64,000 nucleotides of DNA from Elusimicrobiota bacterium (GTDB taxonomy: Bacteria; Elusimicrobiota; Elusimicrobia; F11). Positions 50,968-59,355 of the stretch are shown here, piece by piece. How positions within the stretch are numbered: position 1 is the stretch's first letter; each line of letters begins with the position of its first letter. Under the pieces are notes generated by a model. The model made no database searches and had not been told where the DNA came from. It saw nothing but the letters and a program-made list of their open reading frames with translations. Location: NCBI GenBank assembly GCA_044221725.1, contig JBGAON010000003.1, positions 384,001 through 448,000 on the forward strand, in the 5' to 3' direction. The position numbers and the translations under genes are program-made.

Positions 50968-52020
50968 TCAATTATTTGAAAAAACCAAATTTGTATCCGT
51001 GGCATTCTTAAGATTGAATTTTTCTTGGCTGTCAGAAAAATTGATCATATTTGCGGCTATTTTTTTGAAATTCGGTGCCAGGTGTGAATATCTTGCTGTC
51101 ATCTTTATATCCGAATGGCCCATGAGTTTCATCAACGTAAATTGATCGACGCCTTTCATAGTCATATGGCTGGCATAGGAATGACGGAGTGTGTGGATAT
51201 CTGCTTCATTGATTCCAGATTTTTGAATTGCCGATGACCATTCCCGTTTCAGGTTCGTGGTGTCCAGAACTCTTCCGGTTGTTCCTTTAACTGACAATCG
51301 TTGAAGTAGATTCAAAACGGATTCGTTCATCGGAACCTCATAGGATTTGCCTGATTTTGTTTTCAACACATGGATTACCCCAGCCTTCGTATCAATGTCA
51401 TCCCATTGAAGGCCGATGAGGTTGGCTTTCCTCATGCCGGTATTGACGGCCATTACAATGAAATCACGAAGTCGTGGGGTCGAACAATCCATCAATGCAT
51501 AAATTTCGCTTTCGGTGAGGTAGCGCGTTCGCTGATTATCTTCTCGGAGTTTTTTTATTCGGCTGGTAGGATTGTCACGAATTTTCCCATCTACAACCGC
51601 CTGATTAAAAATGCTTCGCAGGCACGTTAAGGCGCGGTTGATGGTAGATTTTTTCTTGCCCGCGTTGATCATTTCCGATTTCCACTCTTCGATGTCTCTT
51701 TGCTTGATATAGCAGAGCGGTTTTCCGGTGAAATAACGTTTGAAATCTTTGATTCGATAAAACTCGTTTAGCCTGGGGTTGACCATGTCAACCGACGCAT
51801 AAAGGCGGTAATACTCGTCAGCATAGGTATCGAAAGGGGTTCGGTCGTTTTTTTGAAGCGGCAGGAATCCACCACTATTAAATTTGGCTTTTTCTTGGAT
51901 TTCAAAATTCTCGGCTTCTGCGTACGTTATGAATTTTTTCTTTACGCGTCGGCTTCCTAAATAAAAGTTGGCTTCCCACCTCTCGGCTTTTCGTTCACCC
52001 CGTTTAATTTTTTTGATCAT
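50968..52020 (-). CDS. Tyrosine recombinase / phage integrase
   Basis: TGMRKANL (R), KTKSGK (K), HTLRHSYAS (HxxR), LMGHSDIKMTARY (H, Y); STINR in the core-binding domain. Confidence 0.96.
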   Translation of the reverse strand: MIKKIKRGERKAERWEANFYLGSRRVKKKFITYAEAENFEIQEKAKFNSGGFLPLQKNDRTPFDTYADEYYRLYASVDMVNPRLNEFYRIKDFKRYFTGKPLCYIKQRDIEEWKSEMINAGKKKSTINRALTCLRSIFNQAVVDGKIRDNPTSRIKKLREDNQRTRYLTESEIYALMDCSTPRLRDFIVMAVNTGMRKANLIGLQWDDIDTKAGVIHVLKTKSGKSYEVPMNESVLNLLQRLSVKGTTGRVLDTTNLKREWSSAIQKSGINEADIHTLRHSYASHMTMKGVDQFTLMKLMGHSDIKMTARYSHLAPNFKKIAANMINFSDSQEKFNLKNATDTNLVFSNN

Positions 52021-52026
52021 GCGGCA

Positions 52027-52263
52027 TCATCTCCATTCGTCTCCATTTCTATTTTGGTACGACCAAGGTGATTTTACGGCTTCATCAACCGATGCGGCAA
52101 TTTTTTTATCAACCCACTTGTCTAACTCGATGCGGTCAAAACGAACGGCCCTGCCGACTTTGACAGTTGGAATCGTTCCTCTTCTGGCCAATTCGTAAAT
52201 GGTTTCCTCATGTAAATTCAGGTATTTAGCCGCCTCCTCGGCTTTTAGTAAACGGGGTTCCAT
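52027..52263 (-). CDS. Excisionase-like HTH (HTH_17/MerR-like)
   Basis: MEPRLLKAEEAAKYLNLHEETIYELARRGTIPTVKVGRAVRF; probable start ATG at 52263. Confidence 0.88.
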   Translation of the reverse strand: MEPRLLKAEEAAKYLNLHEETIYELARRGTIPTVKVGRAVRFDRIELDKWVDKKIAASVDEAVKSPWSYQNRNGDEWR

Positions 52264-52306
52264 GTTTATTCTGGCCCTAACCAAATGTATGCCCATTTGG
52301 AGAAAC

Positions 52307-52960
52307 TCATCGGGCCAACCGCCGAACTGCTTCAATAAATCCCAACCCCTCGACATCTGACATCCAACGGATTGCATCGCAATGTGCGCCACAAGAAAAA
52401 CAAAATCCAAATCCGTTCTTGATCCACATCGAGGGGCGTTGGTCTGGATGAAACGGGCATACAATCCGGCCAGTCTTGTCTGGTTCAACCAAAGTAGCAA
52501 GGTCAACAGTGCGGGCACGTTCAATATCGCTGTCGTTGATTCGTCCTGTTGTTTCTGTTTTTGGAAAGGTGAGGAGAATATTGCCGCGATATTTTTTTCT
52601 CAATTTTTCCAACTGATCAACGTTGGAAAGAGTGAGAGATACGAACCTGTCCGCATACGGTTCATCTCTCTCATAGCTTTCGTTATAGGAGTTGTAGGCC
52701 TCGGCAATGCGCTTGGATAGGATAGAAACGCGCTCTTCGTCGCTATCGGCGAAAGCGATTTCGTGGCCGCCTTGAAGTTTAAGAGTGGCTTCCCATTTTT
52801 TGATTTCGGAGTCAGGGTCATAGTCCATAAGTTCGTTGTCGAGCTTTTCCAAGTATTCGACTTCGTCAGGAGCAAAACCGGCTTCTATTCAATCGCGGAG
52901 CCAGCCCGTTTTTTTGCGAATGAACATATAGAAGTCAAGGAAGGCCCGTTCGTCGATCAC
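52307..52960 (-). CDS. CHC2 (DnaG-type) zinc-finger protein, with an in-frame TGA near the 5' end
   Basis: CPFHPDQRPS...CFSCG...F.EAV. GTG at 52960 overlaps the helicase stop and is in frame, but there is a TGA at 52889-52891; downstream TTG start at 52852. Confidence 0.75.
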
Positions 52961-53850
52961 AAAAAAGCCTCTTCGAGCCAATGGCCTTGTTTTTGGTAGG
53001 CGATTTTCCTTCGGTAGACTCCGGAGCGTCTCGCCTTTTCGATTTTGACGAAAGCGCGACCTTCGGTGTAGGAACGTTCGTAGCCTTTGATGTCGGCGTT
53101 AGCTTTGAGGACAGAGGGTAACGGATCGGGTTCTCTGTAAACGACGAACACCATGTCGGCTTCTTGAGCGATGAAGGAGGAGTCGCGAATGTTTTCCAAG
53201 GAGGGCTCGCCTTCTTTTTTCTGGCCTTGGTGAGCGAGGATAAAGACCAAGAGGTTCATATCGACCGCGATTTCTCGTTTGAATTTGCGCATGACCGCGC
53301 CGATGTTTAAGGACATGTTATGCTGGGTCTGCATATCGACCAGGAAGTGAAGGTGGTCGACAATGACCGCCGAGATATTGTGCTTGAGCTTGGCTTCCAG
53401 GCAGCGGGCCTTGATCCACTCGAACTGCCCAGCGACAAGGATATAAGGCACAAAGAGGCCGAGCCGATCTTTGTCTTGGGCGGTGACATATTTGTCGATC
53501 ATTTTGAGCGTAGGGACTTCGTAAGAAAACCAGGCGATGGCTTGTTTCTGGTGGCGCATGAGGCGCATGCCGATGGTGTCTGCGCAAAGCGTCTTGCCGT
53601 TGCCGGTGGGGCCGGTGATGACGACCACCTCACCTGTTTGAAAGCCTTCTACCAGAGCGTCGAGTTGAGTGAGGCCGGTGTGGAAGGTTTTGATTTTTTC
53701 GTCTTGTTTGAAGTGGTCTTGGTGATAGTCCAAAAAGTGAACCATCCGGTCAGAGCCAGCGTAGTTAGTCGCTTTGGCCTCTTCTTCGGCTCGCCTCTTC
53801 CCGTTTAGTTCTTCTTGGATTTGTTCGCTTCCTGCGCCGTGCGTTTCCAT
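52957..53850 (-). CDS. DnaB-like (SF4) helicase, C-terminal domain only
   Basis: GPTGNGKT, FSYE, VIVDHL, IRDSSFIAQEAD, KAR. Confidence 0.88.
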   Translation of the reverse strand: METHGAGSEQIQEELNGKRRAEEEAKATNYAGSDRMVHFLDYHQDHFKQDEKIKTFHTGLTQLDALVEGFQTGEVVVITGPTGNGKTLCADTIGMRLMRHQKQAIAWFSYEVPTLKMIDKYVTAQDKDRLGLFVPYILVAGQFEWIKARCLEAKLKHNISAVIVDHLHFLVDMQTQHNMSLNIGAVMRKFKREIAVDMNLLVFILAHQGQKKEGEPSLENIRDSSFIAQEADMVFVVYREPDPLPSVLKANADIKGYERSYTEGRAFVKIEKARRSGVYRRKIAYQKQGHWLEEAFL

Positions 53851-54596
53851 GAATCCTCCTCCTGTTCCGTGGGTTGCTTTGACATCTCATCATTCCAGCG
53901 TTCCTGGTTGAGCCAAGTGGCAGGGTTGGGTATGAACTGACCATCATCTTTTTTCCATTGGATAGATTGGCTTTGGATGCGAATGGCTTCCAAGATGATT
54001 TGCAGGAGAGTTCCATCCGGCTTGAGCTTATCCCAGGATTTTTTTGCCAATTTCTTGCCAGATTTTTTTGGATAGGAGTTCCAAAATAACAAGAATTCTT
54101 TTTCTGCTTGGATGGGATCGGTTTTGATCGGTTTGGATGGGTTCGGTTTGGTTCCATCCGTTTTACATGTGTCTGACACTAAACTTTCATCTGTATTTTT
54201 TCGTTTCCTGTTTTTATTGTATTTGCGTTGGTAAATAAGATAGCTGGCGTATTCTTTCCAATCATGGACTATATACTCATCGAGCCATCCAGATTCTTGA
54301 AGAGCTTTAATCAACGCTTGGGGGGCACCAGCCCATTTGGCTCCCTTGGCGATTGCGGCGTCACCAAATTTTTTCAAATCCCCATCTTGCCAAGCGTATT
54401 TCAGGGTAAAGTGCCAAAGGCAATGGAGGTGCCCGACGGCCTCAATTTGGCTGATTCCCAAACTATCCATGAGCTTGAATAGCTTCGGGTGTTCTGACAT
54501 TTCGTCGTGTGATTCAATCCATGCCATTGGAGTGATCTCGATAGCTCTGCAGAATCTGGTATACGCGGGAGTTTGATGGTGGTGGAATGTGGCCAT
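53805..54596 (-). CDS. Phage-type replication initiator / replisome organizer
   Basis: MAWIESH...HPKL...AVGHLHCLW N-terminal domain (alternative start 54527); C-terminal FWNSYPKK...FIPNPATWLNQERWNDE. Confidence 0.8.
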   Translation of the reverse strand: MATFHHHQTPAYTRFCRAIEITPMAWIESHDEMSEHPKLFKLMDSLGISQIEAVGHLHCLWHFTLKYAWQDGDLKKFGDAAIAKGAKWAGAPQALIKALQESGWLDEYIVHDWKEYASYLIYQRKYNKNRKRKNTDESLVSDTCKTDGTKPNPSKPIKTDPIQAEKEFLLFWNSYPKKSGKKLAKKSWDKLKPDGTLLQIILEAIRIQSQSIQWKKDDGQFIPNPATWLNQERWNDEMSKQPTEQEEDSWKRTAQEANKSKKN

Positions 54597-54629
54597 TTTC
54601 CCTTGTGGACGGTTTTATGGTGGCCGCAC

Positions 54630-54902
54630 TCATCGGACTTCCTCTGCGGAGTGTCTATGGCCGTTACGCTCCGCTTCAAAGAGGACATCTTTGGTATGCC
54701 GTAATGAATCCGCATACAGACGAGCATTGATTGTCACTCTGCCTGCGACAAAATCCATGGCCAATCGCTCTGCACGTTTCTGCGGTGTAAAAAGAAAATA
54801 AAGTGATCGAGGGTTTTCTCCGGAAAGTCCGTGAAATTGAATTTCTGGGCAGGTAAACAAAAGAGCGGCTGTGGGCAAATCTCTTGTCTGAAAATAACTC
54901 AT
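54630..54902 (-). CDS. Small protein, DUF5659-like
   Basis: FQTRDLPTAALL...YFLF pattern; GAGGAG upstream. Confidence 0.6.
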   Translation of the reverse strand: MSYFQTRDLPTAALLFTCPEIQFHGLSGENPRSLYFLFTPQKRAERLAMDFVAGRVTINARLYADSLRHTKDVLFEAERNGHRHSAEEVR

Positions 54903-55022
54903 ACTTCATCTCCTCATTGCATCCATTTTTAAAGTTAGGAGATGGTATCCAGGGTCAAAAGGCGTTCCTATCCCTGTGTCTTATTGACACTTAAGGCGAA
55001 GGGATGATTTTGGATGGATTTG

Positions 55023-55709
55023 CTATTCGAGAATAGGCTTCTGTATGGTCAGTAGAAAATAAGCAAAACTTAGACGAGCATTGATGTATTGCTCGAATAA
55101 ATTCTCTGGTGGAGTTTGGCCAAGCATCTTTCTATAAACCGACCTCGACATCTTATTCTTAGAAGGAATATATTCGTCTTGCATTGACGATTCAAAAGCT
55201 GTGACAAATCTTTTGGCTCTTTTCATCATGCTTGCATGAATTCTCTTCAAAACCTGATATTTGTCCCCGCCTTCCAGGCCACCATCTTTTGCTTTGTTTT
55301 TGGCAAGGCGATACAGCTCGTTCTCTGCCCAAGCAATAGAAAGCGCATAGTCCTCTTCGATAGTTTTAATGGACAAAGGTGTTGGTGGTTTTACTCTTTT
55401 TTTTCTGAGATTTTTTTGGGGTGAGGTCAATAGGGGTAAGGTTAGGGTTCCTCTTTTATTTAATCTATGAATTAGATCGCGGTGGAAAAATGCATCGCCT
55501 TTACCGTCAAATAAAATAAATTTATTTTGGTTTTTTACAACCAATGATTTGAAATCGTCACTTTTCAGATAATCATCCATGACAGGCATTCGGTGCCGAT
55601 ATTGAAAAACAATATCCCACAACAAAGATTTATAGGGATCATTGATGTTGTCTCGAAGTGGCTGCTTCGGTAATAATTTAAGAAGTATTTCTTCACTTTT
55701 TTTCTTCAT
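55023..55709 (-). CDS. Hypothetical basic protein
   Basis: 228-aa ORF with GGAG upstream; no motif recognised. Confidence 0.65.
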   Translation of the reverse strand: MKKKSEEILLKLLPKQPLRDNINDPYKSLLWDIVFQYRHRMPVMDDYLKSDDFKSLVVKNQNKFILFDGKGDAFFHRDLIHRLNKRGTLTLPLLTSPQKNLRKKRVKPPTPLSIKTIEEDYALSIAWAENELYRLAKNKAKDGGLEGGDKYQVLKRIHASMMKRAKRFVTAFESSMQDEYIPSKNKMSRSVYRKMLGQTPPENLFEQYINARLSFAYFLLTIQKPILE

Positions 55710-55776
55710 CCCATCTCCATCTCAAAACAAAGGCTGCTACCCTTATGTCATTAAAAATTTCCAAACGAACCCAATT

Positions 55777-56445
55777 TTAAGGACTTGTCACCTGTTCGCT
55801 GGTGTGTAGCGCCAAGTCCATAACTACGGGTGCTGGTACTGCATCTCCTTTCCGCAACCGTTGTAATCGTTCCAGCTCGTGAATGGCACGAAAAAGTTGT
55901 CGTTCCACAGTGGTGGAATATCTGTTCAGGCGATCAATGGAGTCGCTCGATGCCAATGATGCCGCTGCTTCGATGATTTCTTGTTCTCGTCGTTCGATTG
56001 GCGCGAAATGTTTCTGAACTGTCCACCAATCTGCTTCCATGGGGGAGGTGTCGCGGTCTTTTTCATAACACTCGGCGCAAAGTGTTTCGGGCTCAAATTC
56101 CTTGCTGACCGATTTGTATCGTTTATTTTCTGCGTCGATTAGATGCATGAAACTTAAATTTTCAATGCGTTGAACCCTTTTTGACTTCCAATAGAGAATA
56201 GCGATTCGTTCCACAAGCATCTCTTCCAAAACCCCGACTGGTTTCAAATCCGTGTGGAGTTGAGACAACATAAAATCGAACTCGGCTTTGTTTTCTTTGC
56301 CAAGAGCGCCTTCAATAACAGCTTCCTTTGAAAGGAGTCCGTGCTGTATGGCGTTCCAACGTGATTTCGCCTTGCCATCTTGTGTGCGAACACCACCAAG
56401 TTGCCCATTCTGCCTGTTGGCTACGATTTGTCTTTGTGAAGCCAT
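55777..56445 (-). CDS. Conserved hypothetical protein
   Basis: N-terminal SQRQIVANRQN..G.RT..GK..S.WNA..HGL and C-terminal L.RY...ERQ..RAI.ELERLQ, a pattern I recall from mobile-element hypotheticals; AGGAG upstream. Confidence 0.75.
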   Translation of the reverse strand: MASQRQIVANRQNGQLGGVRTQDGKAKSRWNAIQHGLLSKEAVIEGALGKENKAEFDFMLSQLHTDLKPVGVLEEMLVERIAILYWKSKRVQRIENLSFMHLIDAENKRYKSVSKEFEPETLCAECYEKDRDTSPMEADWWTVQKHFAPIERREQEIIEAAASLASSDSIDRLNRYSTTVERQLFRAIHELERLQRLRKGDAVPAPVVMDLALHTSEQVTSP

Positions 56446-56475
56446 GTTTCTCCTTGCCTGGCTAAAAAAGGGATG

Positions 56476-57138
56476 TTAAATCGCCACCTTGTTACGCATT
56501 GTGTTCTCCAATGAAATTCTTGTCGCTTTTGGCTGGGGATTTTTCGCCACCCCCAGAAGATTTCTTACGGTGTCCTTTGAAATACCCAGCATTCGGCCAA
56601 TAGCGCGGTGGCTTTGCCCGTCAGAAATCAATTTTACGATCTTTTCTCGATCCACGGGCAGTTTGGGGCGACCAAGCACTTTTCCGGCCTTCCTGGCCTT
56701 GTTTAAGCCCAATAGAACCCGTTCTCGTATCAACTCACGTTCAAATTCAGCAAGCGACGCAAAAATTCCAAACATGAGCCGGCCGTTTGCGGTGGTTGTA
56801 TCCACGCCCTCTCGCAACGAGATGAATGCCACATTCCAAGTGTGAAATTTGTCCAGTGCCTCCACCAGTTGGCGCATAGAACGGGCGAACCGTGAAAAAT
56901 CCCAAACCAATACGCCATCAATTTTTCTTTTGCGGGCGGCATCCAGCAAAGCATTTAGTGCTGGACGCTTGTTCTCATCCAACGATCCGCTCAATCCTTT
57001 ATCCACAAATTCTATTGCCTGCCACGCCCGTGCCTCACTGAAACGCCGTAATTCAATCAACTGGTTTTCACAATCTTGTTGATTGGTACTGACGCGTGCG
57101 TAAATACCAACTTTCCTCATCTCCATTTTAATTTCCAT
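56476..57138 (-). CDS. Serine recombinase (resolvase/invertase) with C-terminal HTH
   Basis: YARVST, RPAL, SRFARS, AEFERELIRER, GRP, HTH. Confidence 0.95.
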   Translation of the reverse strand: MEIKMEMRKVGIYARVSTNQQDCENQLIELRRFSEARAWQAIEFVDKGLSGSLDENKRPALNALLDAARKRKIDGVLVWDFSRFARSMRQLVEALDKFHTWNVAFISLREGVDTTTANGRLMFGIFASLAEFERELIRERVLLGLNKARKAGKVLGRPKLPVDREKIVKLISDGQSHRAIGRMLGISKDTVRNLLGVAKNPQPKATRISLENTMRNKVAI

Positions 57139-57185
57139 CCTTTCTGCATATCGGTCAGATATGCAAATTAAGCCAAAAAAAGGGG

Positions 57186-57353
57186 TTACTTCTTTTCGTC
57201 ATCTACAAAGTAGCGAGCTAACAAATATCGAAAAAGCTCGGCCTTATCCATGTGTCGTTTGCGCGCTTCTTCTGAAAATTCATCATACTCTGATTCAGAA
57301 ACTCGGAATATGAGAGTTTTACTTCGGGATTCTTTTTTGGTTTTAGTGGGCAT
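57186..57353 (-). CDS. 55-aa ribbon-helix-helix (CopG/MobC-like) protein
   Basis: Below the ORF-track cutoff. MPTKTKKESRSKTLIFRVSESEYDEFSEEARKRHMDKAELFRYLLARYFVDDEKK: alternating beta strand (TLIFRV) then two helices. Confidence 0.72.
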   Translation of the reverse strand: MPTKTKKESRSKTLIFRVSESEYDEFSEEARKRHMDKAELFRYLLARYFVDDEKK

Positions 57354-57410
57354 GTGATAAGTATATCACTTAGATATACATTCAATGGTGGGCTCTATCT
57401 TAGATGCGGT

Positions 57411-57794
57411 CTATTTACAGATTGTTTCCAGGTTGATGTAGGCTGATTTATGACGAAAGGTTAAAGTGTTTTCTCCATTGTCCATTTTAATGCCGGTTCT
57501 ATCAGACTGAAAAAAGGTTTGTTCCATGTCGGGTTTATAAGCACATGAAATCATGGTGCCAATTTTTTTATCAAAAAACGCCAAAGTGCAGCTGTAATCT
57601 TGCCCAGGCAAATCAAAATGCTTCCTTTGACCCGCGCCGCCCTCCTTAAAAGTGAATTTCTCATTCAAGGTGTATACAGTACCTTTGTTGATGTCATTGA
57701 TTCTTATTTCACAACTTGCAGTTTCAGCCCAACTAGCGCCTGAATAGATAGCGGGTATTCCTACCAATAAAGATAAAGCCATAAATTTTTTCAT
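57411..57794 (-). CDS. Small secreted hypothetical protein
   Basis: AGGAGG then MKKFMALSLLVG...SWA signal peptide; four Cys in the mature part. Confidence 0.72.
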   Translation of the reverse strand: MKKFMALSLLVGIPAIYSGASWAETASCEIRINDINKGTVYTLNEKFTFKEGGAGQRKHFDLPGQDYSCTLAFFDKKIGTMISCAYKPDMEQTFFQSDRTGIKMDNGENTLTFRHKSAYINLETICK

Positions 57795-57845
57795 GAGGCC
57801 TCCTTGAACGTGATTTTGAGGGCAATTAGCGTTCATGTACCAGGT

Positions 57846-57901
57846 TATCCCAAAAGCCCTCATTTTCAATATCCCATTTTGGGATATCCCAAAGTCGGAT
57901 A
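57846..57901. promoter_or_regulatory. Overlapping operator-like palindromes upstream of the XRE gene
   Basis: ATATCCCA-TTT-TGGGATAT (57869-57887), an imperfect second copy at 57884-57901, and a half site TATCCCAAAA at 57846. Confidence 0.6.
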
Positions 57902-57920
57902 GTAGCCTGCCTTTTAGGTT

Positions 57921-58142
57921 ATGGCTAAATCGGTATTTACAAAAGACTACGGGGTGTTTCTTGAGCGGCTTCGGAAGGCACGAATTGACGCTGGTTTAAC
58001 GCAGGTTGACGTGGCAAAGAGGCTCAAAAAGCCTCAATCCTTCGTGAGCAAAGCTGAATCGGGTGAGCGTCGAATTGACGTGGTGGAATTAAAAATTTTC
58101 GCAAAACTGTATAGGCGGACAGTGCCCTACTTCGTAGATTAA
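57921..58142 (+). CDS. Small XRE family HTH regulator
   Basis: LRKARIDAGLTQVDVAKRLKKPQSFVSKAESGERRIDVVEL. Confidence 0.92.
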   Translation: MAKSVFTKDYGVFLERLRKARIDAGLTQVDVAKRLKKPQSFVSKAESGERRIDVVELKIFAKLYRRTVPYFVD

Positions 58143-58216
58143 AGTATAAAAATCCTTTTACACTGGATTTTCACCGACTAACCTGCATAATTACCTTATC
58201 CGATAAAAGGATAATT

Positions 58217-58777
58217 ATGGGAACCCTTTGCAAATCTCTTTCTTGTGTTCTCGGTCTATTGTTAAGCGGCTGTGCACCGTTGTGGCAGTATTCCTGGAAT
58301 ACACCTAAATCCCCCATCAATACAGCGCTTGTTCAACTGCTCGAATCAACAGATAAACAAATCACTGTGGCCCCAATCGTCACATCGGTTGAAACCACGT
58401 TTTCGGCCTATACTTTCGCACAGCAAGGAGTGGACCAGCAACAATGGAAGTCAGCTATAAGAAGTGAACTTCTGACAATGGCCGAATCAGAACTTTTCCG
58501 AACAGTGGGGCAGTACAAGAATTTTAAGGTTGTGGACAGAACAACAATCGACAGGGTCATGGCTGACCTCAAACTTTCTATGGCAGTGTCCAATGACGAA
58601 AGGCTTAATGTCGGAAAAACTTTGGGGGCTACCCATCTTGTTTTTTGCGAATTGATGCGTACTCCAAATCCCAATCCGTGGAACGGTCGAAAAATTGTTG
58701 ACACGATTACCGCCCGCTTAATTGATGTTCCTACCGGCACTGTCCTCGCCTCACAAATCATGACGAAATACCAATGA
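58217..58777 (+). CDS. Lipoprotein, CsgG/HfaB-like
   Basis: Lipobox LLLSGC; FKVVDR, GKTLGA, ARLIDVPTG.VLA motifs. Confidence 0.72.
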   Translation: MGTLCKSLSCVLGLLLSGCAPLWQYSWNTPKSPINTALVQLLESTDKQITVAPIVTSVETTFSAYTFAQQGVDQQQWKSAIRSELLTMAESELFRTVGQYKNFKVVDRTTIDRVMADLKLSMAVSNDERLNVGKTLGATHLVFCELMRTPNPNPWNGRKIVDTITARLIDVPTGTVLASQIMTKYQ

Positions 58778-59235
58778 AGATATCCATAGACCCATTGGTC
58801 GGGATTGGGACTTTGTTGATTGGTATTAGTAGTTGCATCGCCGTCAAGGATGGGAAGGAATTGATACGGGAGATTTTGGAAATCAAGGGAATGGCAACAG
58901 ATATAAATCGAGGCGTAAAGAAAATAGATGAAGCGGTAATGCTCATGCAGAGCCAGATAAAAACTGTTCAGCTTGCTTTGGTTGCCGATTCCAAAGCACT
59001 CAAAGATGAAAAAATTACGAAGAAAGATGTGCAGGATGTGTTAAGTTTTTTCCCGACCAACGTTTCAGGGGACGTTCACTATCCGGTTTACATTCCTCCC
59101 AAAGATCGTGAAAAAATTGCGGATGCCCTCTTCAAGGCAGACGATCCTCAAACAAGGAAAGCAATTCTTTACAACGCCATCCAAGTAAGCCCCATTGATT
59201 GGCAGTATCCAGCGCAACCGCATAAACAACCTTGA
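58774..59235 (+). CDS. Hypothetical membrane-anchored protein
   Basis: ATGA overlap with the previous gene; hydrophobic N-terminus, then a coiled-coil-like segment. Confidence 0.65.
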   Translation: MKISIDPLVGIGTLLIGISSCIAVKDGKELIREILEIKGMATDINRGVKKIDEAVMLMQSQIKTVQLALVADSKALKDEKITKKDVQDVLSFFPTNVSGDVHYPVYIPPKDREKIADALFKADDPQTRKAILYNAIQVSPIDWQYPAQPHKQP

Positions 59236-59238
59236 AGG

Positions 59239-59297
59239 ATTCTATCGGTACCATATCGGTACCAGTGACCGGCTGGAAGTGACTGTCAGGGACTGTC
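59239..59297. repeat. Arm-type repeat (tRNA-proximal) plus short direct repeats
   Basis: Perfect tandem TATCGGTACCA x2 (59243-59264); GACTGTC at 59281 and 59291 (10-bp period). Confidence 0.75.
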
Positions 59298-59355
59298 TCG
59301 AAACGGCCTTTTTCTTGAAATTCCTACTTAAAACGAATCTATTGCTTAAAAAATT

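Noticed and set aside
52027..52524. 165-aa version of the excisionase, and other extended ORF-track starts (1652, 5360, 10584, 24493, 28745, 29989, 60135)
   Set aside because: The extensions overlap neighbouring genes or regulatory DNA and precede the conserved domain starts; shorter starts were used.
52889..52891. Alternative genetic code (TGA as sense) in the island
   Set aside because: Other island genes (helicase, excisionase, nuclease, lipoprotein) end at TGA, some with normal start/stop overlaps, so a single nonsense change is simpler.
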